Positions 35,340 through 49,700 of a DNA stretch of 64,000 nt are shown piece by piece. The stretch is from Takakia lepidozioides (taxonomy: Eukaryota > Plantae > Bryophyta): the NCBI GenBank assembly GCA_030704615.1, contig CM060733.1, positions 57,226,001 to 57,290,000 on the forward strand. The letters are read 5' to 3'. The notes beneath the pieces are model-generated. The model was given only the letters and a program-made list of their open reading frames with translations, searched no databases and was not told where the DNA came from. The stretch's first letter is position 1. Every line of letters begins with the position of its first letter. Both the position numbers and the translations under genes were made by a program.

Positions 35340-38300
35340 CTAAGAACTATTCTCCGCAAGCTGCGACCTCCGAATACCCCAAAACGCTCTTGGTTTCGTC
35401 TCCTTCAATACTGCTGTGAACCTCCAGCCCATGTGCACCGCACATGCAGTGCACTCTGCCAGAACCCAAGCATAACTGCCACATTTCCCACCCATATTAT
35501 GGTGAGTACCCTAACTGATGCAATCAGAAACAAATAAACTTGAACAAACATAGAAAAGGAAAAGGTAAGGTAAACACAGCCTTTGCACAGGTAAGAGACA
35601 GAAGCAACAAATATGGATCTGACCGGGTGCAGAAATGCAATGTAAAGCCATGGTATTGCAGTTCCGTGGCGATGCAGGCCAAAAACACTATGGATAGTAG
35701 GGAACTGATATGTCTCCACAGCCCCCACTCGACAGCTATGATGCCTAGCAGTTCCGAACTTCATGGCGAAACAAACCATAGCAAACAAACCATAGCAAAC
35801 AAACCATAGCATTGCTTTTTGTGCGACATTGAACACCAAGTGGAGAGATAGATAACACACCCAGGGAACCAGCTGTTGGCAGTGTTGGGTTGCCCAGCCA
35901 AGATGAGGCCACGGGCCCGAGAGAGAGTTAGGGTCTCATGGACATAGCCATGGGCATTGACGTAGGCAGAGATTGGACCGTCAGCTGACATAACCAGCAT
36001 GTCACTCCGTCTTGCTATTACAGCCTGCAGATAGAAAGGAAATTGAAAACATGACTACGCCATCAGAAACATGCACTAGAAACTCAGCTGGCCACGACTT
36101 GTGCAGAGGGACCCATTCCTCAATGCCGACGGAGAACAGGAAAAGATGCAGTGCCAGTGTGAGAAAAGCTCATAGCTTGCATCAAAATAAGACATGAGAC
36201 TAGACAAGCATAAATTAGAATGGCAGATGCTCATTAAGAGTGGCAGGTGCTCAGGCATGACTGTATCTGAGATTCTCCAAGCCCTACCAGCGTGCGCCAG
36301 ATTTCACCCCTTTTTGTAGCTGTCAAAAGTTGTACTCATAACAGGAGAAAACACACAATCAGGTGCACTGGTAGTGCATACCAAGCAGCGTTTGCAGCGA
36401 AGTCGATCCATAGACTCTAGAAGTTCAATTTCCCGACGAAGCCGATGGACTGTGGCATCAACTTCTAGAAGCTCCTGGCGGGTTGCATCTTGGAGAGGCA
36501 TGTTGCTGGCTATGTAGTACGACAAAATGTTTGGTGTACGCACCATAGCCTCCATGCGGGGAAGTTCTGCCATTTGCCGCAGCATATCTGACCCCACACC
36601 AACAAAATTTTCAGTGCACATCCCTAATTTACAGTTACCAACAGTGGCAGATAGAATCACTGAAAGTTACTAGTAGAACTAAGAAGTGCGAACTGTAAAG
36701 AGACCAGATAGAGCGTGGCTTGACGACCACGTCGTTTACTTGGCTCATAACTCACCCGCAGCACGTCGTGCCAAATCGTAGGCATCATACATGCGGTAGA
36801 CCCAGTGAGGCCAGGCTGTCCGCTGCGCCCTGCGGATCCATCGAGCCTCATCAGCAGCCCAAGCCTTACAAGCTCCTCCCCAAGCCCCCTCACGTGGTCT
36901 CTTGACAACTGTTATTACAGTGCCTCCAGCCGTGGCTGACGATTCTCCTTGCTCCCCTGGCTGCTCCCAATTATCTCTCCCCTCATTTGAGGATCCCTGC
37001 CCCCTTTGTAGATCTTCTTGGCTCCTACCATTTTCCTCTTCATGGCCCTGAGCCTCCCCACTTCTGTGCCGAGATCTCTGTCTCCGCCACCACCATCGCA
37101 GTCGTTCTTCTTCCTCACTGCTTTCATCATCTCCGACGCCTCTCTCCAGCACCCGCAGTAGTTCATCACTCTCACTTGCAAACGGGGTCAACCTATACCA
37201 CAGTTAGAATTGGGGTTTCATGTTAGGTTCCCCCAATTACCCTAGTCTAATAGAGAATTGTAGGATCAAGGATCACAGACATTACTGTGATTACTTCACT
37301 TCCAATAACCCTAAAGCGTTCAGTTATTCCAGTTGTATATACTATACTGGTCTACAAAGAGGACAGTCAAACGACCTCTGCTGCCCTTTCTCTGGAGTTA
37401 CTTGGACTTCCCTGAGAATGTGCGCGATTTCTCATAGTTCCCCTCCTCATCTAAATAGAGACCACTGAGACAAATGAGAGTGTGGCATGTTTACCTCCGG
37501 ATCAATCTCTCGTCCTCAGGACCTGAGTCGGAATCAGAATCCACAAAATCATCAACATCATCAGCTTGGAGGGCTGCCTCATCATCGCTATGTTCGTAAG
37601 GGAGAGGTGACGTAGCAGCTGCTCTGGGAACTTTGCCACTCTGAAGTATGGGAACAGAGGCCAAAGACGCAAAGGCATCCCTTGGAATGGGTAACGGGAT
37701 ATCCTCCTCGATGATCTGAACTTGGGCAAAGAGCTGCAAGTATCCATCCAAACCCAAAGCTCAACTTTTTTGCCTTTTTAGCCCACTTCACCCGAACCCG
37801 TGAGGTATGTGCATCCAGTGTCTACACACAGTCCCCAACATTGTCCCTCTCCTCTCTTTTCATCCTATCTTCTGGGATGACAGAGTCACTTACCGCTCCA
37901 TCGGCCTCAGTCCAGGCTTTACAAATCCGGAAACGCTGCCGTCCTTTAGTGACAACATTCACTGATCCATCGTTAAGGTGGCGCAATTGTCGAATCTGCT
38001 CATCAACCCAACCACACACGTCCAAACATCTTGAGATCAAACCTTTCAATTAAGCCTCTCTCACAAACTGACAATTCTTCTTCGGAAAAACTCAGTTTCT
38101 CCAAGCAACTGAAGTTTCATGATCATCACACTCCAGACCACAGATACAAGCAGAGTCCCTACAAATGCAACCATTCCTTTCAATGCATGGTTACACGCAC
38201 AGGATGATACGAATCGCAAATGTGGTGTCTACTTCTCTACCTCGGCAGTGGTGCCCACGGAGGCAACATGGACGCCACCCTCTTGACGAGAATGTATCTG

Positions 38301-40766
38301 CCTGACATGAATCTGAAAAATCAAAACACAATAACGAGCTTCACACCTGTTAGGGGTAAGGCATGCACAGAGCTAGAATTGCATTACATTCATTCCTCAG
38401 TTCACCCAACAAGAAAAGCACTCATCGGGAGCACTGACAGAGTAACTAGCAAGCGCAGTGTGAAGTAGATGTAAAACTACCAATTTCTTTCAAAGGCCTT
38501 GAAATGAAAGAGGTCCATCCCAAAACCAAACACACTCCATCAAAACCTCCTGTATCGGCAGAGGCTCAGATGCAAACCTTTGTGCAGCCCCCCCCCCCCC
38601 CCCCTCCCTCCTTCTTCCGTGATTCCACAAGTGTAGCAGATAGTCTGCTAAACGATACATGCTACTTTCCATGCTTGCAGGGAACAGGAGTGCAGTGGCA
38701 AATGATTCCACGAGAGGAAAAGGGCAGAAGGCCGCGAGAGGTACCACGCCTAGAGTGTTAGGGGCCTCTTCATTTTGCATGGCTCGTTCCACAGCAGCTT
38801 TAAACCGTGGTTGCAGCACTCGGAGGGGCAGTGTATCCTCCGGAAACAAAACTATACCTGCAAACACAAAAAGTCCGTCTCATTTTCAACACATGTTAAC
38901 CTCAACAGCAACATTAACTCCAATGGCAAAAGGAGAGTCCAAACGCGGAAGAAAAAGGGATATACACCTTCAAGGTAAAACATTGGGAGGGTGACGAATG
39001 CTCCTCCATCCGCAAAAGAACGGCTGCTTGTGACGTCCTCCACCTCTGCAACAAAACAAACCACCCTTGATAATGTACCCCTTCCTCCACGGAGACACTG
39101 ACCAGTAGTCTAAGCACCTTCCCACTTTGTAATGACCTGTTCAACCAAGAACTTCGGAGGATACAAAGTAGTCTACACACATCGGCTTTGCATGAAATAC
39201 TAGAAACAATGACATTTACAGCCAAACCTGAGGCAGATAGCAGCTGCAAATGACTTCTGTTGTCAATGCAGGTATAACTTTCTTTGCCAGCTCAAGTTAT
39301 GTCCATCCCCCTCTTGGGGTCCAAGGCAGGGTCTAATGGCCACACTTCCTACCATAACAAACACATGCACATGGAAAAGAGAGACACCTCCAAGGTACGT
39401 GTGCATCGAAGCAAGATTGGTATCGTATGTAAAGCCTCCCCGTCCGCCTGCCCCTCCATCCCCGTGGCCATCCATACTGCCACAAAGCATGCAATATCGC
39501 AACAGAATCAGCAGCAGGACAACCATAACCAAAGTAGCCTACATCATCAGCAAACAACTGTGGCAGTGGAAGGGGAGCTTTTAAATACAACCTTCCCATG
39601 GTCCACTAACATCATGCGGACATCCAAATTAGGGCACCCAACATGTTCTCTGGAAAGACCCCTCTGGCCAAGGTGGGATGCTTTCACCAGACACTGACAA
39701 CTCTACAGTCTTGAAGGAAACCCTATCTTGACATAAGCAGCAGTGTAAGAGTCCATTGTAGAGCAAACCTATCTGGTGACACCCTTGGATTCCAGTGGTA
39801 TGGTTTGATTCCCACCTAGTCACAGCTTCTCGAATTGGAAACAGGTTGTTCTCTCAAGACTACTACAGGAGAAAGCTCTTCACTAGTGTATCTTGTTCCA
39901 TAGGGGAATTGGGTTCACAAAGTAAGTGAGGCACTTGTGAGCACAAGTTCATTTGACTGTAAAAAGCTTGAATTAAGTGGGCACCGACCCTGCTGGTCGA
40001 TCAGAATCCTCTCTGGGCGAGGACAAGAGATGCAAAGGATGGCAGGCGTGCTTGTACAGTAACATGATCATCCCCTTCCTACTTTTGATAAGACCATCCT
40101 CCCATCAATGTGTCAACACATCTGATGGTGTTTACCGACAGTTTTTTTTGCACCCTTGGTTGTTGTAAGTAGTTGTATGAGATGAAATGTAGGGGCCACG
40201 GGGACAAATCACTGTCATGGCGACCTTTGCATCCACAGTTCAAAATTCATCGCTGGACTACAGTGCGCGAAACTCAGCGTTGCTCAGCCAGCAGCAAGCT
40301 TAAACTTAAAGTTACAGCAGCCAGCATAGGCAAGAGGTAAAGAAGCCCTCCCTGCCAACAGGAGACTCTCTGGACTTTTAAGCACCCAGAGAGTGCTAAG
40401 AGTTTGTCGCAGACTGATTTAGACGAAATTCCCAGGCCGTGACAGTCCAAGAGTTACAGGAAGTCTTGGCCCGTTAGAAGTGGAGGGTGCGAGAAATAAA
40501 GAGTAGACAGATGTTCAAGAAGACCAGACAGCATGCATCGTCGGACAGGACGACGGGTCCCCTGGAGCTAACCTAGAATCGTCACTCTGGGCAGTTCCGG
40601 CTTCAGAGTCCATCTCCTCCACCTCCAATTGCTCCATATCTAGCTCTCGGACGCGCTGCATTTGCAGCCGCTCGGTTCGCGGAACGATGCCCTCCTCCGT
40701 CTCTCCATTGTCACGCGAATAAGTTTCGAAACCAGCTGCCTCCAACCCCTCCGATGCGTCTTCCAT
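35340..40766 (-). CDS. CRBN: Cereblon homolog (Lon N-terminal domain + CULT domain), 11 exons, ~604 aa
   Basis: Exons 40766-40573, 39476-39388, 39045-38968, 38857-38745, 38297-38241, 37995-37894, 37733-37495, 37192-36756, 36587-36382, 36024-35861 and 35475-35340; all GT-AG, total 1815 nt in frame. Motifs: SMHTYLG, LPMFYLEGIVLFPEDTLPL, KGRQRF, CKRC, YVNAHGYVHE, SWFPGYAW...CTAC..HMGWRF...FWG. Confidence 0.93.
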
Positions 40767-43700
40767 GTATGTAACAGCAAGAAGCCACAACCAACACGGT
40801 AACCTCTCCTCACCAAGCCATTCCTCCTCTCCAGCGCCACTCAGTTGGATTGTCCTCCCAAGCAACAACACCAATCTCTACCCCTGTCAGACATGCACAT
40901 TGGATACAGATACCCTCCGAATTGTAGCCGTCTACAGTCCACTCCAAGCCAACGCCGATCCTCTATCCCCACACACGGTAGTCTCGATTCTATCATCACC
41001 TTCCGCACGGCCAAAGCCTCCTGCGCCGCTATCCCGCAGCAGCGCTAACAACAAAACCAAGAAATGTAGAGCACATACTCCCCCCCAACCCCTCCACCTC
41101 ACATTCTTCTTCCAGGCTTCACGCCAAGCTCCCCAAACAACCCCCTCTCCACAGATCTCCGCAAAAGCACAAACCCCCGCCCTACTACAATCTAGAGCAT
41201 AATTTCTTGACAATCTCCGCCTGCCATCCCTCCCCCGCCTCCAACAAAAGCTCTCTGGCTATCATTCCCAACATATCCCACAGCATCCGTGCGCTCCTGC
41301 TCTTTTCCACCTCACCTCACCAAACACTCTCAAAATTCTCCTGCTTTTTACTCTCATCCCTCCCCTGGGCCCTACCAAAGGGATGCTCCATCAGCAGCTC
41401 TGCACCGACCAGCAGCACGCAAACAAATCCCGCTAAGCTCATTAGGGATTGTTAACAATCTCTCCGCCATATCTCCCTCCGCCATCTCCCTCGCACCTTC
41501 CTTTCTTCCTCTCTCTCACCCCGCACGTGCGAGCCCCGAGGCCCTTTCCACAAGAACGGGTCCTGCAACGCGCGAGCCACGTGGAAGGGTTGGGCCAATC
41601 AGGGGCTCGCAGCAATTACGGAAAAGTACCGGGCCGGCTTTATGGGGGGACCCGTCCGGTCATTTATCTTCCTGCTGCATTTTTTAACCCAGGAGATTTC
41701 ATCAGACCGCTAACCTTCTCGTACCGTCAGATCGACCGTCCCCCAATCCCATCCCTCCAACGCACGCCGAGATCCTCGTATCTGCGCCGTCCAACTCTCC
41801 GCCATCGACGGGGTAGAGCTGTCCATGTCTACCCGTCGGACGGAAAACCAGACATTGGTCTGCTGTGAGTACTGGATCCGGTCGCGCCATCTCGGCCGTT
41901 GGTGGGTTACCATGGACACGTGGAGGAAGTGGATGGCAGTGTCAGACGTGATAATGAAAAGGCAACGATCGCACTCCGAGAGAGCAAGCCCCAGTACGTG
42001 TTCGTTTCTCCGCCGCCGATCGAGATATTCTAAACTCATCGTGGGCGTCCGTTGGGTACGAGATGGATGTGCGTCCACATCCTCCCACTGACAGCTGGGC
42101 AGTGGGTAAGTTTTAGTGAATTTGTTTTATGTATCTAATTACTAATTACTAAGTCTGCACACTGTGTTTTTTTCCAAATTGGAAAATAGCACGAGTGGCT
42201 ACTGGGTTTTGCAGGAAATAACTTAGCCATATTTTCGGTTCGTCCACTGGAATTTGGATAGAATAATCCCTTTAAGTGCTTTCATCCATTTATATCAATC
42301 AAATTAGGCGAATTCATCCAGAATTTATATTAATTTGGAAAAATCAGGGAATTTACGAGAGAATCTTCCATTTTATTTTTCTAGGTCGAAAAAGTGCAAA
42401 ATTTCGCCAGAAATTAAACCACAGTGATGACTTTGGAGAAGTCGAACATTTCCGGTGGAATTTGCAATGTTTCGGTGTTGGTAGGAATTTGCGGGTCTCG
42501 GTGTTTTGGAAATATTGTGTTACACAGTGTGCATTGTTGGAGTACTTGACTTTAAAGTGGTTGTAGTTTCGGACACGCTTCGGACAATTCGACATCAACA
42601 ACTTTCGTCCCGAAAGCGGAAACATGTTGACGTCTGGTCGCAAAAAAGCCCAGCAATGGGCAAGTCAATTTACGGAATGGTCCGCTCTGAAGAGGACACG
42701 TCAGTGTCACCAAGTTGACATGTCGACTGTGGAAAGGGAGTGTCTGTCCACACTCACTTTTTCTTTTTCCACAGTATTTTTCTCGGATTTTAGAATATAA
42801 TAATTTACCAATAAGTTGCGCGCTTGGCGCGCGCAGAGCCATTCGCGGAAATAAACACCATTACCTTTTGTGAACTGCCCGCCCTCACATTGCGGCCCTG
42901 CGATTGGCCGCCCGCGCAGAGAGCGCAGGCGACCCCTCCATATCCCGGGCCCGCCCTACTGCATAGCCCCACGCTTTGACGGTAATCTCTCACATGCATT
43001 CAATAAATAGTAATAACGGTGAATGACACACCAACTACGATATGTATCTCATTCGTCCCAACCTACTATCACATCCGATGATTGTTTTCCTTACTACATA
43101 GGGCGCAATCTTAGAGCGGAATGTGGTAAGAATGTCCGTCCACACCACCGATCGCTCGCTCACCGATTATTTTCTTTGCGCACACATGTACATCATGGAT
43201 CATGGCACCACCAAGCAAGCAACCAAAACAGTGTTGTCGCTGACAATATCGTTGAGCAACAGTAAGATCTTCTGAAACTAACAAATCCCGTCTGCAACGC
43301 AAATAATTCGAGAAATTAATGGAAATAGGAGGGTGAGCAGCAAGGGTCGTGGCCACGTTGCGGCAGATGGTAAATAAAGGGCTCCCCCACACATGCGGGG
43401 ATGGTACGATATGAGTTGAGGGGGGGCGGAAAGGGCGGGTGGGGGGAATGTTTAGGGAGCAGCAGAGCGAGAAAGCAACCGAGACACGACAGTGCGACGG
43501 AAAATAAAGAAGGGGGGGGTATAGATAGCGGGCGAAAGGGAAGGACAACTGGAGCACTTTACGCCATTACTGTACTCGTCAGGGGGGCTAATAAAAGGGG
43601 GCCATGAAGGAGGGAGCGTAGCAGGAATAGTCCCATAACGTTTGCCGTTGCGCTGGTCGTCCCACGTACGACCGCTCTCTTTTCGTTGCCACGCGCCCCG

Positions 43701-46700
43701 TTTCCCGTCTCGGATGTACTGGCCGCGCGACGTGGCTTCCGTTGATTTCTCCTTTTCCTTCCCGCACAGGCCGTCCTCTCGTCCTTCATTCATCCGCGGA
43801 TTGTTCGTTGCATGTCATCCAAAATGTTTTTGCAGAGTCAGTGAGGTTTTTCTTTCTTTCTTTTTTTGTAAACTTCCATTACCTTCCTTTCCAAAAGTTG
43901 GTACCAGTTAACTGCAGTGGGTGTTTCGAGTTTCGACATTTTGGTTTTTGTCTTTAAATTTTATAAACAGTGGAATTGTAGCTCTGGAAATTTTATTAAT
44001 AGTAAGGAAAAAATAAAACTTACAATATAGCCATGAAGGCAGAAGAAAGAGGTAGTAAGTTTTAAACTTTGGATTTTGTAGGAAAAAGAGTTTAAAGCCG
44101 AAATAACTTTTATTTTATTTTATTTTATTTTTAACTTGAAGGAACTTAACCGGGACGGACTTTATTAATTTGGGGAAAAGACCGTTTATAAAGCTTACAT
44201 TTTCTATTTTCAAAGTACAGACTTGGCGACTCTGACAAAGAGAGTTGATTGGAGAATTAATCAAAAAGTTCTGCTTACATTTTCTGCACAGCCGCTTTTT
44301 CAATGCTCTATTTTAACCAATGCTGCCAAACTGGGTTATGAGTGTTCTTACCTACTTACAATCAATCCTCAAGATATTTGTCAAGTTCTGCATGAGTCTG
44401 AGAGGTCTCCCTTTTTAAGAGAAAAAAATAAATATAAATAAATAAAAATAGTCATTGCAGCTCAATATTTTAGGCTTGTACCATTTGGACCCTTTGGACG
44501 TTTGGCACATTATTTTGTAGAGCCTGATTATTGCTCAACTTTTTGACTTGAAGAGTTCACATGCATCAGTCTCCCACCAACTGGTTGGTGAATTCCATAA
44601 AATATTTGGACTTGCTCCAGCCTTCCATAATATGGTTAAATATGATTGCGGAGTGCGGAGTTTGGAAGGAATGCGCATACTTAGATGGATCGCATAAGAG
44701 ATCCACCATCGCATGCACTCACACCCCTTAGAGGTTGGCTTTTGAGGCACCCCCTACGACTCGACTCACTTGGTCTCAAGATATCATCCAAACTTCAACC
44801 GCATGACGCAAGAAACACGAGGGTTGCGGAAAAGCTTGTGACTAACTTACGGGAGGAGAAATGGTGTGTTCCGGCCGCAATCTTGCTCAAAAGGTCAATG
44901 TCATGTTTTTTGCTACTACACGGACTAGCCTTTAGGGTTTGGGATTAATTTTCTACCTGAGTCATCCTGCTAGGTACATCGTTTTCAACTATGTAGAGCT
45001 CTAATAGCAAATTTCAGCATGTAGAGCAGCCATTCTTTTAGTGACGAATAATCGCCAGATTTCGACCTCGCGCGGGACTTGGCGACAGGGGTAAAGGGAA
45101 ATCAGGCTGAAAAATCATCACTTTTCGCCAAAAGCTGATCTGATGGGCCCACCATTCGCTAGAGGGGCCGCCACAGGGAGGCACATGGCGCCATAGTTTA
45201 CAGCAGAGGAGCCAGATCCCACGGACCACGTGCAGGACATCGCCGCATTCCGAGTGCGCGGGAGGCCGTGGAGCCAGCTATGTTGCCCATTTTTGTACAT
45301 ATATATATATATGGGTAAGTATAGTGTAATCTGGATAGATAGATTTTGTAGTGGTATTATTATAACATGTGTATGGGTAGCTTAGTAGAGATGTTCCTTC
45401 CTAGCCAATCGAATTGATGTTCAAATCATAACACCTCAACGTACTTTTGATAGCAACCTGGTTTGGATGATAAAGTTCTTAAATATGAAAAAGGTGGCCG
45501 CGGAGGAGGGCAAAAGGGTGACTGCAGAGGAGGATGATAATCAAAAGGGTGGCAGAGGGTTACAAAAACGGAATGAGAATGTCATTTATTCATTGTTTTT
45601 GGGATGAAAGGGCACATGTCAGCAAGTATAGGGGACCAAAAAAAAAAAAAAAACCTAAAACACACATCTTCTTCCTTCTTTCATTTTTTTCCTCTCCTCT
45701 CTTTAGGCCTTAGGGCTGCTTGCAAGTTGCAGAGCGTGCTTTCGCATGCACTTTATGTTAGTATCAGTAATCACTCAAGGCTGCGATTAAAGAGAGCAAA
45801 CATTGATACTTCTTATCTATGTGCCATGTAGCATTAGGCAGGGCCAGCGTTCAAATATGCCACTGTGTAGATTGACTGAAATTCAATATAAGCCAATTTA
45901 AGGTTTTCTACTTATGAATGGTGGTTTAAATTTTTTGGTGGTATTTGGCATAATTTCTGCCTGGGTTATTCGCCTCAACAAGTCTACTAGGTTTTAGGTT
46001 CATTCGCCCAATACCCATTCAAAATCTCATATTATCGCCAGCCATTTCCACTACGCATTTTGTACAAGCGCCAGACATGCTCCTCTAAGGTTCTAATGAT
46101 GCCACTTGTGCTACAATGTAAATACCTTAAAAGAAACGCTGATGTAGAGACTAGAGAGAGTAGTGGTTTTCCTTCCTCTTGGTGGGGAATAACTCTCATT
46201 ACTCTCATATTCTTGGTGGGGTTGGGGAGGGTCAATAAATTTCATTCTCCCCAGAATGGTGGGTACTTATGGATGTTTGACAAAGCATTGGTACATGACA
46301 AAGCTGCCTAGCCTTGACAAAAGGCACACAGTGAGGAGCTGCATATTCCACAGAGTAATTATACACAGGTATATAGTACTTGTACCGTCCATGTATTTAG
46401 TGTATAAACCCATTCTCTTACCAAGTCAGCTTTTCCACAACTCTGCTTTTTCTCCTCTCTGACTGGGCCAGCTAAGCTGCAGCTTGTCTGTCAAAGTACT
46501 AATTTGGATTCACATGGGGAATAGAGTAAACTAGTACTGATTTAGAACCTTCCTCAGAACCAAATCCAAACCAGGATTTCATGGTTATAGTATATTCCAC
46601 TTTCTTTCCTATGACCCAATCGCCTCAGTCTGGTCTACACCCCCCACTTAGAAGGTCCTGCACTAAGTATATACTAATAATAATGATCTGCCCAAGTTGC

Positions 46701-49700
46701 TTTCAGGGCAACGCCACCTTAAGCTTAGTTTATGTTTCTCTTGGTTGAAGGAGGAAGAGCCCGGGCCACTGGCTTTATTGAGGGTTAAAGAAAGAGGGAG
46801 GGATCTTCTTTGGATGACCAGCAAAATGGGAACAGTAGGAAACCAACAAGCTATTTAGTAGGAATTGATGCTCATAGTGTGACCTTAAGTGGCGCTGTGA
46901 AGTGGTGACTAGTGACTCACAAGTTGGGGATTTCAACGGAGTCGGAGAAATTTGGGTATTCGATATCATCGCTGTGCTGCAATGGGACTAGTTCCGCGGA
47001 CTTTTGTGAGGGACTCTTGACTGAATGGATGGAAGGCACCGCATGATCAAAGATTACGACTTAAGACGCTGAATCCCAGAGCCATTTGGATCTCAAATTT
47101 CAACCCTATCTTGGTCTGTCGGACTGGGAAAAGATCTTGCCTGTCGTTGAATGAATCGTGGTGTAACGGTCCCCACAAGAAATGAGAGAGAGAGGATTGG
47201 AATCTCAGTAAACCAAATCCCATCATCAAGGGTCTGCTTGGCACAGCCTGTTCAGACATGAGGAAACTCCGGAATGCTTTTATATTGAAACCCAATTAGA
47301 AACCCAATCGACAAAGTTGGAGCTAGGAACCACTGGCTCAGTTTTCAGGGATAAGGGTGTCCACAGAGCATCTCTCACACGACCCACACACAGATTCCTT
47401 CCTATTCTTCGCCGACTTTGTGATTGGAGGAGGGAGAGTCGCTTATGGGAGAAGCCATTGATGGGAGGGCTTTGCCGCAACTTTTATAGATTATCCTAAG
47501 ACTATTTGGGGGCATAGAGCAGTGAAGAATTATTGGAGACCGGTACACACGCGGGCCGGCCAAGCTCGAGTGGGACGCAAAGAAATCCAAGGCCCTTGCA
47601 TGAAGCTGGGCCCCGTGAGCTCAGCATTATTCTGTGGAGATGAGTCAGTGTCAGATCTTGTGTCAGATATCCTGTCTTTTACTACGACCCCATCTTGACC
47701 ACATCCTCTGTAGGATTTGCCAGTAAGTAATGTAAGCCTAAGCTGGGAGGCAAGCCTAGCCACAGATGGCAAGTCTTGGACCTAATTGGATGGGGAAACT
47801 AGTTGCTCTGTCAGGTTTAGGCAGCCAGGAACGTCTGGACGTCTGGAGTCTGGACTGGAATGTCGGTTTCGTCAAGGGCTGCTAGGTGGTAGGAGTTCCA
47901 CGACTTATCTGGGTACCTACTACAAGGAATTAATTCTCACGGCGATGACTACTAACATCTGACGAAGTCGAATAATGAGACTCACGAGTCCCAGGTTTTA
48001 CGCCACCAAAGAAATCTTCTGAGATCTTTACCCAGATCAACTTGACTTCGCACAGTGCAAGCTGCCTACTTACATAGACTTTGTACAGTCTATCAGGAGT
48101 GTCTACTCCAGCAGACACTGTAGTTGACTTGCTAAAGAATCCCACCTCGTGTGGAACCAGGACTGTAGTCAACCAAGCCACTGTTACTTACTTCTAGTTC
48201 TCATCAGAATCACATCTCCACACCTACTTACATCTCTCTCTCTCGGGTATCAGCGCCCAGATCTCGACGAAAGATCTAGGCAAGTTTTACGAACAGCAAA
48301 ATGTGGGACAAAAACCGATGTTTGGAAACCCCGTTCGTGCACTCCATTGACCAGATGAAAACCACAGCAACACATCATCAGCTAGCTCCATTGCCGCCAA
48401 GAAAGAAAAGCTCTAGATAGCAAGCATCCACACATCCACAAACTTCTCGAAACTTTTGAGGAACCGTGCGATCTCGCAGGCTGCTCCGAAAGTGAGTTTT
48501 CTCTTTATTGCGGAAGAATGTGGTGATGTGAGTTATGAGAGGCCGCTGTCGTGATGGGTCATTCATCGCGATCCAGCCGTCGATCCTCCCAGATCGACGG
48601 CTCACACATGCTATCCACCGCATGTGCATGGAACCCTCCTCACGGCCGTCGATCCTCACATAAACTAGCGCACTGGATTCGATCTCGAAAAAGTGAAACG
48701 ACTGATTTGGATGGATGGTGGAGATGCGTCTGTTGATATGGCGATCGTGCGTCCATAGTGGCACTGTTCCGCACGTGTGTTCGGCGGCGAATTTCCTGGG
48801 TTCTAATAAATACATGCAGCTTTTATCCTTGCTTCTCTCTCTCTCTCGCACATCAAACGAGAGTCTTGCCTGATCTCTCGGTTTGCAGCACGAATCTGTC
48901 TCTTCTCTCTTGAAGAGCTCCATTAATCCGCTTCTTGCTTCAGTATTTTCATGGATACTTAGAAGTCCATCACCACATCATTGCATACTGAAAGTGCCGA
49001 CATTAAAGGGGCTTTGAGCGTGCAGCAAATTCTGTCTTTTCACATATGAGATCAGGGATATGTTGCAAACTCTCACTACAGGATATGAGAGGGAGTCCCT
49101 GTAGTTTCCTAACCTTCAGCTGGACTTGGCCATGTAAGAAAGAACACAGTTTGACATGAGAATTTGGAATTTCAACCGTTCCTTTCAGATGGGTAAGTAT
49201 CATAGTGTTGAGGGGACATTTGCCGATTTGTTCACTGAAGCAAGTGCAAAGCTTGGCTCAGAATAACATAAAGACATCTCTTTACATTTGTTTTGTGCTC
49301 TACAAATGACACTCGTTGAGTCGTGGATAAAGAGGGCAAGCAGCCAATTTTCTAAGTCTCCGCAGAGATTCATGGGCTTGGGCTTCAAATATGCGGGGTG
49401 CTTGTGTGAAGGACCGCAGGCCAACTAAATGGGGCTGGAGGGAATGTCCGCGAAGATTAATGTTACTACCATGATTGCTGAAAGTCGATATGCAGAGTGT
49501 GAGACTCTGTCGCACGGCTGTCTCTAAACGACGTAGGAAGATGCTATAGAGGATCTGTGTTGTCTCCAACATTCAAATCGAGTTATACTTGTGCAGTCTG
49601 CTCAAATAATTATCTCAGGTTTAGGTTTGATTCACTGCTGATCCAGTGGTGGGCAGATGACATTTCCTGAATTCCATCGTGCAAACCAAACCCTGAGAAA

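Noticed and set aside
40800-43900. Many overlapping GC-rich short ORFs
   Set aside because: Upstream/promoter-like region of cereblon; no coherent protein motifs.
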